Of a DNA stretch of 64,000 nt, positions 1 to 9,553 are shown one piece after another. Position 1 is the stretch's first letter; each line of letters starts with the position of its first letter. The notes beneath the pieces are model-generated. The model searched no databases, was not told the DNA's origin, and saw only the letters and a program-made list of their open reading frames with translations. The translations under genes and the position numbers were made by a program. Source of the DNA: Pseudomonadota bacterium (GTDB lineage Bacteria; Myxococcota_A; Polyangia; GCA-2747355); contig JADJDT010000002.1 of assembly GCA_016702545.1 (NCBI GenBank), positions 16,834 through 80,833 of the forward strand, given 5' to 3'.

Positions 1-996
1 CCCCGCCGCGAGCGCGCGCATCGTCGCGGCCACGAAGCCGTCGAGGGTGCTGTTGACTCGCTCCCCGCAGAGGTCGTCCTTGGCGCTCGGATCGATGGCC
101 CAGAACGACGCCTGGGGCGCCAGATCGTAGCGGATGCAGTCGAGCCCGGAGAGGATGCCGTTCATCCCCTTGCCGTCATTCGGCGCGCCGATGATCGACG
201 CGGTCGCCGTCCCATGCCGCGCATACCCGGAGTGCGCGCTCTTGGCGGCCTCTGGGCGCAGATCGTAGGCGCCGGCGAAGGGGAGCCCCCCGAAGACGCT
301 CCGGTCGACCAAGGTATCGACGATGCCGACGACGACCTTCGCCGTCACCGGGTTCTCGCTGTAGATCTGGTCCCACGCGGCCGAGAGGTTGATGGCGCTG
401 TAGGCCCAGGTGTCGCCGGAGCCGACCGCCTCGCCCGAGGCCGTGGTCGGGGCGCAGAAGCCGAACCACTGCGACCCCGCGGCGACCGCGGTCTGCTCGA
501 GATCCGCCGGCGGGCGCGCTGCCGGCGGCGGGTCGTCGCGCACGACGTCGCGCATCGCCGCGGCGATCGCCGCGTCGGCGGCCAGCGCCGACTGCTTGGC
601 GTCCAGGGCCTCCGCCGTCGTCGCGTCGTCGAAGCGCACACGGTACAGACCGATACCTGGATAGGCTCCCGTCACGGCGGCACCGAGCGCCGCAAGCTTG
701 GCCACTGCCTGATCGCGCGAGGTCTGGCCGCCCTTGAAGACGACGATCAGCGTGCTCGCCACGTAGCGGTTGCCGAGCGCGTCGACCGCGATCGACATCG
801 GCTCGACGGGCGACATGTCACCGTCGAAGAACACCTCGGGCACGCAGACCTCGGCGACCAGGCGCTCACCCGCGGCACAGGACCCCGACGCGCTCTTGCC
901 CTTCGCCGCACAGCCGCTCGCCGCGGCCGCGAGCGCTGCGACCGCTGCGACCGCCAGCCACCGCGGCCAACCCCGATCAGCGTGTTTGATCGCCAC
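1..996 (-). CDS. Subtilisin-like (S8) serine peptidase, predicted lipoprotein; 5' part only, gene continues past window start
   Basis: Minus-strand frame is open to the window edge. GTG start at 996..994 lies 7 nt after AGGAGG. N-terminus WPRWLAVAAVAALAAAASGC is a signal peptide plus lipobox. S8 catalytic motifs VGIVDTLVD (Asp) and HGTATASIIGA (His) are present. The listed 214..1128 + ORF is its antisense shadow. Confidence 0.7.
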   Translation of the reverse strand, partial: MAIKHADRGWPRWLAVAAVAALAAAASGCAAKGKSASGSCAAGERLVAEVCVPEVFFDGDMSPVEPMSIAVDALGNRYVASTLIVVFKGGQTSRDQAVAKLAALGAAVTGAYPGIGLYRVRFDDATTAEALDAKQSALAADAAIAAAMRDVVRDDPPPAARPPADLEQTAVAAGSQWFGFCAPTTASGEAVGSGDTWAYSAINLSAAWDQIYSENPVTAKVVVGIVDTLVDRSVFGGLPFAGAYDLRPEAAKSAHSGYARHGTATASIIGAPNDGKGMNGILSGLDCIRYDLAPQASFWAIDPSAKDDLCGERVNSTLDGFVAATMRALAAG

Positions 997-1173
997 GACA
1001 TCCCTCCTGCTTGGGCGTGCAGTCTATCGCGGCGAACGTGGCTGGAGACAAAAACGCGGCCTCCGCGCGCTCGGTCAGCGGCGGCACGGAGCGGCTACAC
1101 GATCGACTCGCCCCTTCGGCGGCCCTGATCACCCGGAGGGTGAGAGCCCAGCGGAGTATGAGAGCCCGGCCCG

Positions 1174-1872
1174 TCAGGCCAGGTCGAAGATCAGGAGCTC
1201 GCTCGCGTCGAGGCCCTCGAGCTGTAGGGCGCGCACGTCGGAGAGCGCGGCGCCGTCGCCGGCCTGCAGCTCTTGGCCGTTGATCCGTGCCCGGCCGCGC
1301 GCCAGCTGCACCCACGCATGCCGCCCCTCGGCGAGCGCCAGCTCGCTGGTGGCGCCCTGGTCGAAGCGTCCGGCGTAGAGCAGGGCGTCGGTGTGGATCG
1401 TGACGCTGCCAGCCCTGCCATCCGGAGAGGCCAGCAGCTGCAGTCGCCCCGCCTGGTCGGCGCGAGCGAAGGCCTTCTGCTCGTAGCCGGGCTCGATGCC
1501 GCGCTCGGTCGGCAGCAGCCAGATCTGCAGCAGGTGGACCGGCTCGTCGGGCGAGGCGTTGAACTCGCTGTGCGTGATGCCGCTGCCCGCGCTCATGCGC
1601 TGGAGCTCAAGCGGTCTGATAATCGAGCCGTGACCCATCGAGTCGCGGTGTTGGAGCGCGCCCTCCAGCAGGTAGGTGATGATCTCCATGTCGCGATGCG
1701 GGTGCGTGCCGAAGCCCTTTCCCGGCTGCACCCGGTCTTCGTTGATCACCCGCAGCGCGCGGAAGCCCATCTGGGCGGGGTCGTAGTAATCGGCGAAGGA
1801 GAAGGTGTGATAGGTGTCCAGCCAACCGTGGTCGGCGTGGCCGCGATCCGCAGCGCGACGAAGCGTCATCAT
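1174..1872 (-). CDS. Pirin-family protein (bicupin, YhhW-like)
   Basis: 232-aa ORF with pirin N-terminal cupin motif HPHRDMEIITYLLEG and a second cupin domain. Confidence 0.85.
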   Translation of the reverse strand: MMTLRRAADRGHADHGWLDTYHTFSFADYYDPAQMGFRALRVINEDRVQPGKGFGTHPHRDMEIITYLLEGALQHRDSMGHGSIIRPLELQRMSAGSGITHSEFNASPDEPVHLLQIWLLPTERGIEPGYEQKAFARADQAGRLQLLASPDGRAGSVTIHTDALLYAGRFDQGATSELALAEGRHAWVQLARGRARINGQELQAGDGAALSDVRALQLEGLDASELLIFDLA

Positions 1873-1909
1873 GGCGTGGGCTCCTCGGAGAAGGGGTTTC
1901 AGCGCGACC

Positions 1910-2776
1910 TCATCCGCGGCCCATGCGAGCGGCGATCAGCGGCGGCGCGCTGCCCGCGACCAGCAGTGGCGCGAGCTGTTCGAGCAACGCTGCCACATCG
2001 GCCTGCATGCGGCCAACGGTCGTGGTGACCTCGGTGTGGGAGAGCGCGCCGCCGAGGCCGGCCGCCGCGTTGGCCACGCAGGAGAGCGCCAGCACGCGCG
2101 CGCCCAGGTGCCGGGCCGCGATCACCTCGGGCACGGTCGACATCCCGACGAGGTCGGCGCCCAGCGTGCGCAGCATGCGAATCTCGGCCGGGGTCTCGTA
2201 GGAGGGCCCGCTCAGCGCGGCGTAGACCCCCTCGGCGAGGGCCACGCCGGCGGCGCGGGCCGCGCGCTGGGCCGCCGCGCGCAGCGCGGGATCGTAGGCC
2301 TCGCTGAGATCGGGGAAGCGCGGGCCCAGGCGCTCGTCGTTGGCGCCGCAGAGCGGGTTGTCGCCCAACAGGTTGAGATGATCGGTGATCGACACCAGGC
2401 ACCCGGGCTTGAGATCGGCGCGAATCCCGCCGGCGGCGTTGGTCAGCACCAGCGTGCTGCAGCCCGCCGCCACCAGCGCCCGCACGGGCAGCACGACCTG
2501 CGCCAGGCTGTGGCCCTCGTAGCGGTGGATGCGCCCCTGCATCACCAGCACCGGCACGCCGGCGCAGCTGCCCGCCACCAGGCGCCCCGCGTGCCCCGTG
2601 ACCGTGCTCGGCGCGAAGCCGGGCAGGGCGCTGTAGGGCACCGCCACGGCGCCCTGTAGCCCGTCGGCGAAGGCGCCGAGCCCCGAGCCGAGCACGATGC
2701 CCAAGCACGGCTTGCGGGGCGCGATCGCGGCGCGAATCGCCGCAGCCGCCGCCTGCACCTGCTCCCACGTCGTCAT
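1910..2776 (-). CDS. punA: Purine nucleoside phosphorylase (PunA/trimeric PNP type)
   Basis: GIVLGSGLG phosphate-binding loop, VLVMQGRIHRYEGHS, MSTVPEVIAA; 288 aa. Confidence 0.85.
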   Translation of the reverse strand: MTTWEQVQAAAAAIRAAIAPRKPCLGIVLGSGLGAFADGLQGAVAVPYSALPGFAPSTVTGHAGRLVAGSCAGVPVLVMQGRIHRYEGHSLAQVVLPVRALVAAGCSTLVLTNAAGGIRADLKPGCLVSITDHLNLLGDNPLCGANDERLGPRFPDLSEAYDPALRAAAQRAARAAGVALAEGVYAALSGPSYETPAEIRMLRTLGADLVGMSTVPEVIAARHLGARVLALSCVANAAAGLGGALSHTEVTTTVGRMQADVAALLEQLAPLLVAGSAPPLIAARMGRG

Positions 2777-2797
2777 CAGCGTCCCCTCAAACCTCGT

Positions 2798-4297
2798 CTA
2801 CACCAGGATGCCGGCGAGCGCCGCCGACAGACACGACACCAACGCCCCGGCCAGCATCGCGCGCAGGCCCAGGCGAGCCAGGTCGGCGCGCCGCGAGGGT
2901 GCCATCGCGCCGATGCCGCCGAGCTGGACACCGATCGAGGCCACGTTGGCGAAGCCGCAGAGCGCATAGCAGGCGATCACTGCCGAGCGCGCGCTCAGCA
3001 CCGGCACCGGGGCGTCGAGCATCGACTTGAGGTCGAGGTAGGCCAGCAGCTCGGTCAACACCAGCTTCTCGCCGAGCAGCCGACCGACCGCGGGCGCCTC
3101 GGCCCAGGGCACGCCCATCGTCCAGGCCAGCGGCGCCAGCACCCACCCCAGGAGCTGCTGCAGACTGGTGCCGAAGAGGCCCAGCACACCGTTGCACAGC
3201 GCCATCATCGCGACGAAGGCGATCAGCATCGCCGCGATGTTGAGCACCAGGGTCATGCCGTCGGTCGCCCCGCGGGCCACGGCCTCGATCATGTTGGCGT
3301 CGGGGCGGTCGACAGGCACCTGGGCACCGCCGGCGGTCACCGGACGCTCGGTCTCGGGATAGATCAACTTGCTGACCGCCAGCGCCGCCGGCGCCGCCAT
3401 GCACGAGGCCGTCATCAGGTGGCCGGCGATCCCGGGCAGCGCCTGCAGCATACCGACGTAGACCGCCATCACGCCGCCCGCCACGGTGGCGAAGCCACCC
3501 ACCATCACGGCCATCAGCTCGCTCTGCGTCAGGCCCGCGATGAAGGGCCGCACCAGCAGCGGGGCCTCGGTCTGACCGAGGAAGATGTTGGCGGTGCACG
3601 AGAGCGTCTCGGCACCGCTGGTCCCGAGCATGTGCATCATGCCGCGGGCGATGCCCTTCACCACCCACTGCATCACCCCGAGGTGGTAGAGCAGCGACAA
3701 CAACGCCGAGAAGAAGATGATCGTCGGGAGCACGCCGAAGGCCAACGACTTGAGGGCTGGGCTCATGCGACCGAGGAAGGTCTCGGCGATCAGCGCCCCG
3801 CTCCGCGGGTCGACGTGGCGGATCTCGTGCGCGTCGGTCGATTGAAAGAGGAACTCGATGCCGGCCTGGGCGAAGCCGATCAGCCCACGGATGCCCTGGT
3901 CGACGGCGTCGAAGAAGAGCTGCCCGACGAGCGGATTGAGCACGATCAGCGCGAAGAGCGCCTGCAGCGCCAGCCCCCACAACACCGGCCGCCACTGGAT
4001 GCCGCGGCGATTGACCGACAGCAGCCAGCACAGCCCCAGCACCACGGCGTAGCCCAGCAGGCCGCGGAAGCGGGCCAGCGGCCCACCGCTCGGCGCCCGC
4101 AGCCGGCCCCCCTGCCGCCGCAGAAAGCCCGAGCCGCCGGCGCTGGTCGAAACGCTGTCGCCCTGGGCGGCCGCCGGTACCGCAGGGGCGGTCGCCGCCG
4201 GCTCGGCGCGTGCCGAAAGCGCCGGCAGCAGCAGCGACAGCACCAGCAACGCCAGCAAGGGCAGCGCTGCCGCTCGCAGCGCGGGTTCGACCTTCAT
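2798..4297 (-). CDS. nupC: Concentrative nucleoside transporter, NupC family
   Basis: Multi-TM protein with NupC/CNT family similarity along its length. Start chosen at internal ATG (MKVEPAL) preceded by GAGGTGAGG; ATGA overlap with the deoA stop. The listed longer ORF overlaps deoA. Confidence 0.8.
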   Translation of the reverse strand: MKVEPALRAAALPLLALLVLSLLLPALSARAEPAATAPAVPAAAQGDSVSTSAGGSGFLRRQGGRLRAPSGGPLARFRGLLGYAVVLGLCWLLSVNRRGIQWRPVLWGLALQALFALIVLNPLVGQLFFDAVDQGIRGLIGFAQAGIEFLFQSTDAHEIRHVDPRSGALIAETFLGRMSPALKSLAFGVLPTIIFFSALLSLLYHLGVMQWVVKGIARGMMHMLGTSGAETLSCTANIFLGQTEAPLLVRPFIAGLTQSELMAVMVGGFATVAGGVMAVYVGMLQALPGIAGHLMTASCMAAPAALAVSKLIYPETERPVTAGGAQVPVDRPDANMIEAVARGATDGMTLVLNIAAMLIAFVAMMALCNGVLGLFGTSLQQLLGWVLAPLAWTMGVPWAEAPAVGRLLGEKLVLTELLAYLDLKSMLDAPVPVLSARSAVIACYALCGFANVASIGVQLGGIGAMAPSRRADLARLGLRAMLAGALVSCLSAALAGILV

Positions 4298-5640
4298 CGC
4301 CTCACCTCGTGAATCAGCGGCGGCGCGCTGACCGGCTGCTCGGCCCACAGCAGGGCCGCCCGGATCAGCGCCTCGGCGGCCCGCGCACGCGCCTCGTCGT
4401 GGTAATGCAGGGTCGCCAGCAGCTCGCCGCGCGCCACCCGCTGGCCGAGGCGCACCTGCCAGGTCAAGCCGACGGCCGGATCGATGCGGTCGTCGAGCTG
4501 CAAGCGACCGGCGCCGAGCCGCACGGCAGCCCGGCCGATGGCCTCGCAGTCGATCGCGGCGAGCACCCCATCGTGCTCGGCGCGCAGCTCGCACGCGTGG
4601 GCCGCGACCGGCAGGCGTCGCGGGTCATCGATCACCCGCGCATCGCCCCCTTGCAGCGCCACACAGCGCCGCAGCCGCTCCAGCCCGCTGCCGTCGGCGC
4701 GCACCCGCTCCAGGCGCGCCCGGGCCGACGCCGCGTCGCTGCACACGCCGGCGAGCAACAGCATCTCCGCGCCGAGCGCGAGCGTCAGCGCCCAGACGTC
4801 GGCCGGCCCGCCGCCGCGCAGCGTGTCGATGGCCTCGCGCAGCTCGTTGGCGTTGCCGATCGCGCGGCCGAGCGGCTGGCTCATGTCGCTCAGCAACACG
4901 GTCACGCGCTTGCCCGCGGCGGCGCCGATGGCCTGCGCCGCCTGCGCCAAGGCGTGCGCGCGCTCGTGGGTCTTGAGGAAGGCGCCGCTGCCCACCTTGA
5001 CGTCGAGCACCAGCGCGTCGAGGCCGGACGCGAGCTTCTTGCTCATGATGCTGGCGGCGATCAGCGGGATCGACTCGACCGTCGCCGTGACGTCGCGCAG
5101 CGCGTAGAGCCGGCGATCGGCCGGAGCGAGCTCGTCGCTCTGGCCGGCCAGCACCAGCCCCGCGTCGGCCAGCACGGCGGCGAAGCGCGCGAGATCGAGA
5201 TCGGTGCGCAGCCCGGGAATGGCCGCGAGCTTGTCCAGCGTGCCGCCGGTGTGCCCGAGCCCGCGCCCCGAGATCATCGGCACGGCGACCCCACAGGCCG
5301 CCACCAGCGGCGCCAGGCAGAGCGAGATCTTGTCGCCCACCCCGCCGGTCGAGTGCTTGTCGACCTTGGGCAGCGCGATCGCCGAGAGGTCGGTCACGCG
5401 CCCTGAGCGCACCATCGCCGCCGTCAGCGCGGCCAGCTCCTGCGCGTCGAGGCCGCGCCAGTAGATCGCCATCAGCAGGGCGGCGAGCTGGTAGTCGGGC
5501 ACCGTCCCGAGGGTGACGCCCTCGATCAAGGCGTCGAGCTGCGCGTCGCTCAAGCGCTGGCCATCGCGCTTGGCACGGATCAGCTCGACGATCGGCGTCG
5601 CGGCGGGCGCCGCGGACCCGCGCTCGCTTCCGCCTACCAT
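4294..5640 (-). CDS. deoA: Thymidine/pyrimidine-nucleoside phosphorylase
   Basis: HSTGGVGDK motif; N-terminal IVELIRAKRDG and C-terminal domain typical of DeoA/Pdp; 448 aa. Confidence 0.9.
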   Translation of the reverse strand: MVGGSERGSAAPAATPIVELIRAKRDGQRLSDAQLDALIEGVTLGTVPDYQLAALLMAIYWRGLDAQELAALTAAMVRSGRVTDLSAIALPKVDKHSTGGVGDKISLCLAPLVAACGVAVPMISGRGLGHTGGTLDKLAAIPGLRTDLDLARFAAVLADAGLVLAGQSDELAPADRRLYALRDVTATVESIPLIAASIMSKKLASGLDALVLDVKVGSGAFLKTHERAHALAQAAQAIGAAAGKRVTVLLSDMSQPLGRAIGNANELREAIDTLRGGGPADVWALTLALGAEMLLLAGVCSDAASARARLERVRADGSGLERLRRCVALQGGDARVIDDPRRLPVAAHACELRAEHDGVLAAIDCEAIGRAAVRLGAGRLQLDDRIDPAVGLTWQVRLGQRVARGELLATLHYHDEARARAAEALIRAALLWAEQPVSAPPLIHEVRR

Positions 5641-6884
5641 AGCTCGCCCCAGAAGCTGCGCCCGGCCGCCGGTGCGGCAACGCCGAGGGCCTCGGCGATG
5701 GTGGCCGCGACGTCGGCGAAGCCACCCCGGAGGCCCAGCTCGCGACCCGCGGCGTTGGCGGGACCGTAGGCCAGCAGGGGCACCTGCTCGCGCGTGTGAT
5801 CGGTGCCGCGATAGGTCGGGTCGTTGCCGTGGTCGGCCGTGATCAACAACAGGTCACGGGGGCCCACCTGGGCCAGCAGCGCGGGCAGCGCGGCATCCAG
5901 CTCGCGCAGCGCCGCGGCGAAGCCGACCGCGTCCCGCCGATGGCCATAGAGCGCATCGAAGTCGATCAGGTTGACGAAGATCAGCCCGCGCGTCAGCGTG
6001 GCGAGCTGCGCCACCGTCTGCGCGAGGCCGTCGCGATTGCCCGCCGTGCGCAACGAAGCGCTGAGACCGCGGCCGCTGAAGATGTCCCCGATCTTTCCCA
6101 CGCCGATCACCGGCACGCCGGCCGCGCTGAGCGTGTCGAGCAGCGTCGGGCCGGGCGGCGGCATGCCGTAGTCGTGACGGTTGTAGGTCCGCACGAAGCT
6201 CCCCGGCTGCCCGACATAGGGTCGTGCGATCACGCGACCGACCTGCAGCGGATCGCACAGGCGCCGCGCCGTCTCACAGGCGGCGTAGAGCTCGGCCAGC
6301 GGGATGCACGACTCGTGGGCGGCGAGCTGAAAGACGCTGTCGGCGCTGGTGTAGACGATCCAGGCGCCGGTCGCGAGCTGGCGCGCGCCGAGCTCTTCGA
6401 TAATCTCGGTACCCGAGGCCGGCTTGTTGCCCAGCACCGGACGGCCCGTCGCAGCGACGAAGGCGTCGATCAGCTCGCTCGGAAACCCGGAGGGGAAGGT
6501 GCGGAAGGGCCGCTCCAGCACCAGGCCCGCCAGCTCCCAATGACCGGTGGTCGTATCCTTGCCCGCGCCGCGCGGCTGCAGCCGACCGAAGGCCCCCGAG
6601 GGCTGCGACACCGCCGCGACGCCCTCCAACGCCGTGACCCGCCCGAGCCCCAAGGCCTCCAGCGTCGGCAGGGAGAGACCGCCCACCGCCGCCGCGGTGT
6701 GGCCCAGGGTGTCGGCGCCGGCATCGCCATAGGCCGCAGCGTCGTCGGCCGCGCCGCAACCGCAGCTATCGAGCACCAGCAGCACGACTCGCGCCGCCTG
6801 ACCGTCTTCCCGCGGCGCCGCGCCTGCTGCTGGAACGCTGTGCATTGGCCCCATCCCCGCGTGCTGCGGACAGCCAGCGGCCAC
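5634..6884 (-). CDS. deoB: Phosphopentomutase
   Basis: LLVLDSCGCG metal-binding N-terminus, ITADHGNDPTYRGTDHTRE motif; true start may be an internal Met (about 6845/6854). Confidence 0.9.
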   Translation of the reverse strand: MAAGCPQHAGMGPMHSVPAAGAAPREDGQAARVVLLVLDSCGCGAADDAAAYGDAGADTLGHTAAAVGGLSLPTLEALGLGRVTALEGVAAVSQPSGAFGRLQPRGAGKDTTTGHWELAGLVLERPFRTFPSGFPSELIDAFVAATGRPVLGNKPASGTEIIEELGARQLATGAWIVYTSADSVFQLAAHESCIPLAELYAACETARRLCDPLQVGRVIARPYVGQPGSFVRTYNRHDYGMPPPGPTLLDTLSAAGVPVIGVGKIGDIFSGRGLSASLRTAGNRDGLAQTVAQLATLTRGLIFVNLIDFDALYGHRRDAVGFAAALRELDAALPALLAQVGPRDLLLITADHGNDPTYRGTDHTREQVPLLAYGPANAAGRELGLRGGFADVAATIAEALGVAAPAAGRSFWGELW

Positions 6885-6899
6885 CCGCGACTCATTACG

Positions 6900-7679
6900 C
6901 TACTCGGCGACGATCGCCGGCCCCATGCTGGTACCCAAGCGCGTGGCACCGGCGGCAATCAGCGCCAGCGCTGCCGCCCGCGAACGGACCCCGCCGGCCG
7001 CCTTGACCCCCAGCGCGTCACCGACCACCTGTCGCATCAGCCGAACATCGGCCACGGTGGCACCCGCCGCGGCGAAGCCAGTCGAGGTCTTGACCCACTG
7101 CGCGCCGGCCAGGCGCGCGAGCAAGCAGGCCACGACCTTCTGTTCGTCGTCCAGCAGCGCGGTCTCGATGATGACCTTGACGGCGGCCGGCCGCGCCGCC
7201 GCGACCACGGCGCCGATATCGTCGAGCACCGCGCGGTCGTCGCGATCGTGCAGCGCGCCGACGTCGAGCACCATGTCGAGCTCTTGCGCGCCCCAGCGCA
7301 CGAGCTGCGCGGCCTCGAAGGCCTTGACCGCCGTGCCGCAGGCGCCGAGCGGAAAGCCGACCACGCCACAGACACGCACGCGCGTGCCGATCAGCTGCTC
7401 CCGGCAGAAGGCCACCCGCGACCCGTGCACGCAGACCGCCGCGAAGCGCCAGCGGCGCGCCTCGTCGCAGAGCTGGCGCAGCTGGGCGCGCGTCGCCTCG
7501 GGACGCAGCAGCGTGTGATCGATCAACGCGGCCATCGCCCGAGCGTCGGCCGGCACGGCGCCTGGCGCCAGCGGCAACGCCAGCGGCAGCGTGGCCACCA
7601 GCGACTGGCCGAGCGCGGCATCGAGCTGCGCCGCCACCCGCGCGATCTGCAGCGCCTGTCGTTCACTCTCCAGCGTCAT
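6900..7679 (-). CDS. deoC: Deoxyribose-phosphate aldolase with about 45-aa N-terminal extension
   Basis: IDHTLLRPEAT, catalytic Lys context VKVIIET and VKTSTGF; start 4 nt after dnaB stop. Confidence 0.9.
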   Translation of the reverse strand: MTLESERQALQIARVAAQLDAALGQSLVATLPLALPLAPGAVPADARAMAALIDHTLLRPEATRAQLRQLCDEARRWRFAAVCVHGSRVAFCREQLIGTRVRVCGVVGFPLGACGTAVKAFEAAQLVRWGAQELDMVLDVGALHDRDDRAVLDDIGAVVAAARPAAVKVIIETALLDDEQKVVACLLARLAGAQWVKTSTGFAAAGATVADVRLMRQVVGDALGVKAAGGVRSRAAALALIAAGATRLGTSMGPAIVAE

Positions 7680-7682
7680 TCG

Positions 7683-9026
7683 CTACTCGCGCGCGCGGCT
7701 TTCGAAGCGGGTGAACTTGCCGAGGAAGACCATCGGAATCGTGCCCACCGGTCCATTGCGCTGCTTGCCGATGATCAGCTCGGCCTCGGCGCTGCGCTCG
7801 GGGCTGTCCTCGCGCGGCGGACGATGGATGAACATGATCACGTCCGCGTCCTGCTCGAGCGCGCCGGATTCGCGCAGATCGCTGAGCTGAGGTTTGCCAT
7901 CGCGCCGCTCCTCGGCGGCGCGGCGCAGCTGCGAGAGCGCCACGACGGGGAGGCGCACCTCCTTGGCCAGGGCCTTGAGCCCGCGGCTGATCTCGGCCAC
8001 CTCGCGCTCGCGACTCTCACTGCCCGCGCGGCCGCGGGCGAGCTGCAGGTAGTCGACGATGATCATGCCGAGCTGGTCGTCGTGGCTGAAGATCGACTTG
8101 TCGGCGCGAAAGCGCCGCGCCTTGGCGCGAATCTCCAGCACCGTCGGTGCGGCGCTGTCGTCGATCCAGATCGGCGCCTCGGCGATGCGACCCGCGGCCC
8201 GCGTCAGGCTGATCCAGTCGTCCTGGTCGAGAAAACCCGCGCGGATGCGGCTCGATTCGACGCGCGCCTCCGAGGCGAGCAAGCGCTCGACGAGCGCCTC
8301 GGAGCTCATCTCGAGCGAGAACACCAAGACGGGGACGTTGTGCGCCAGGGCCGCGTTCTGCGCCATGTTCAAACAGAGGGCGGTCTTTCCCATGCTTGGC
8401 CGCGCCGCGATCAAGATCAAGTCGGAGCGCTGCAGCCCGCCCGTCATGCGATCGAGCTCGGGGAAGCCCGTCGGCACGCCCGTCAAGGCCTCCTTCTTCT
8501 CGTAGCGCTTCTCGATGTTGGTGAAGGTCTGCGCCAGCAGGGTGCCGACCTGGACATAGCCACTGCGTGCGCTGCGCTGCCCGAGCTCGAAGACGCGCTG
8601 CTCGGCACGGTCGAGGAAGTCGGCCACGTTCTCGGGGTCGCCGTAGGCCTCGCCCGCGATGCCCGTTACGCCCTGGATCAACTGCCGCAGGGTCGACTTC
8701 TCGCGCACCATCCGCGCGTGGAAGGCGATGTTCTCCGTCGTCGGCACGCTCGTTGCCAGCTCGGCCAGCCGTGCCGCGCCGCCCACCTTCTCGAGCTTCT
8801 CGGCGTGGCGCAGCTGCTCCTCGACGGTGATGATGTCGATCGGCTTGCCGGTCTCCGACAGCCGCAACATCGCGGCGAAGATCTCCTGGTGCGCCGGCAC
8901 ATAGAAGTCCGGCGCGTCGACCAGCTCGATCGCGAGTTGCAGCGCTTCGCGTGGATTGAGCAGAATGCCGCCAATGACGGCGGCCTCGGCGTCAGCGTTA
9001 TGTGGCAGGGCGCGCGCGGTGACCAT
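7683..9026 (-). CDS. dnaB: Replicative DNA helicase DnaB
   Basis: N-terminal DnaB domain (AEAAVIGGILL), Walker A GARPSMGKT, RecA-like C-terminal domain; 447 aa. Confidence 0.95.
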   Translation of the reverse strand: MVTARALPHNADAEAAVIGGILLNPREALQLAIELVDAPDFYVPAHQEIFAAMLRLSETGKPIDIITVEEQLRHAEKLEKVGGAARLAELATSVPTTENIAFHARMVREKSTLRQLIQGVTGIAGEAYGDPENVADFLDRAEQRVFELGQRSARSGYVQVGTLLAQTFTNIEKRYEKKEALTGVPTGFPELDRMTGGLQRSDLILIAARPSMGKTALCLNMAQNAALAHNVPVLVFSLEMSSEALVERLLASEARVESSRIRAGFLDQDDWISLTRAAGRIAEAPIWIDDSAAPTVLEIRAKARRFRADKSIFSHDDQLGMIIVDYLQLARGRAGSESREREVAEISRGLKALAKEVRLPVVALSQLRRAAEERRDGKPQLSDLRESGALEQDADVIMFIHRPPREDSPERSAEAELIIGKQRNGPVGTIPMVFLGKFTRFESRARE

Positions 9027-9083
9027 GAGCGCAAAGCTCCAAGAGCGGGCGGGCGACGCGCGGCGGGCGGGAGCCGGAGGCCT

Positions 9084-9542
9084 CTACTCGGCCGCGACGA
9101 CCCAAACCTTCAAGGCCGCCGTCAGGCCCTTGCCGAGCTGCACGGTGACCGAGTGCACACCGAGCGTACGGATCGGCTCCGCCAGTTGGATCTTCTTGCG
9201 ATCGAGCGTCACACCCTTGCTCGCCAGCGCGGCAGCGATGTCGACGTTGCTCACCGAGCCGAACAGCTTCTCGTCCTGCCCGGACTGCTGCCCGACCTGG
9301 CGCGCGATGTTGATCGTCAGCCCTTCGATCTTGGCCTTGATCGCCATCCCGTCGCGCTGCAGCCGCTGCTCGCGCGTCGCGATCACGCGCTTCTCATGCT
9401 CGAGCTGGCGCAGGCCACAGCCCGTCGCCGCCACGGCCAAGCCGCGGGGAAGGAGATAGTTGCGCACAAAGCCGGGTCGAGCCTCGACTACCTGCCCGCT
9501 GCGACCCAGATGGGTGACATCTTCGCGGAGGATGACCTGCAT
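9084..9542 (-). CDS. rplI: 50S ribosomal protein L9
   Basis: MQVILREDVTHLG...RNYLLPRGLA, 152 aa. Confidence 0.95.
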   Translation of the reverse strand: MQVILREDVTHLGRSGQVVEARPGFVRNYLLPRGLAVAATGCGLRQLEHEKRVIATREQRLQRDGMAIKAKIEGLTINIARQVGQQSGQDEKLFGSVSNVDIAAALASKGVTLDRKKIQLAEPIRTLGVHSVTVQLGKGLTAALKVWVVAAE

Positions 9543-9553
9543 CGGACTAGCTC

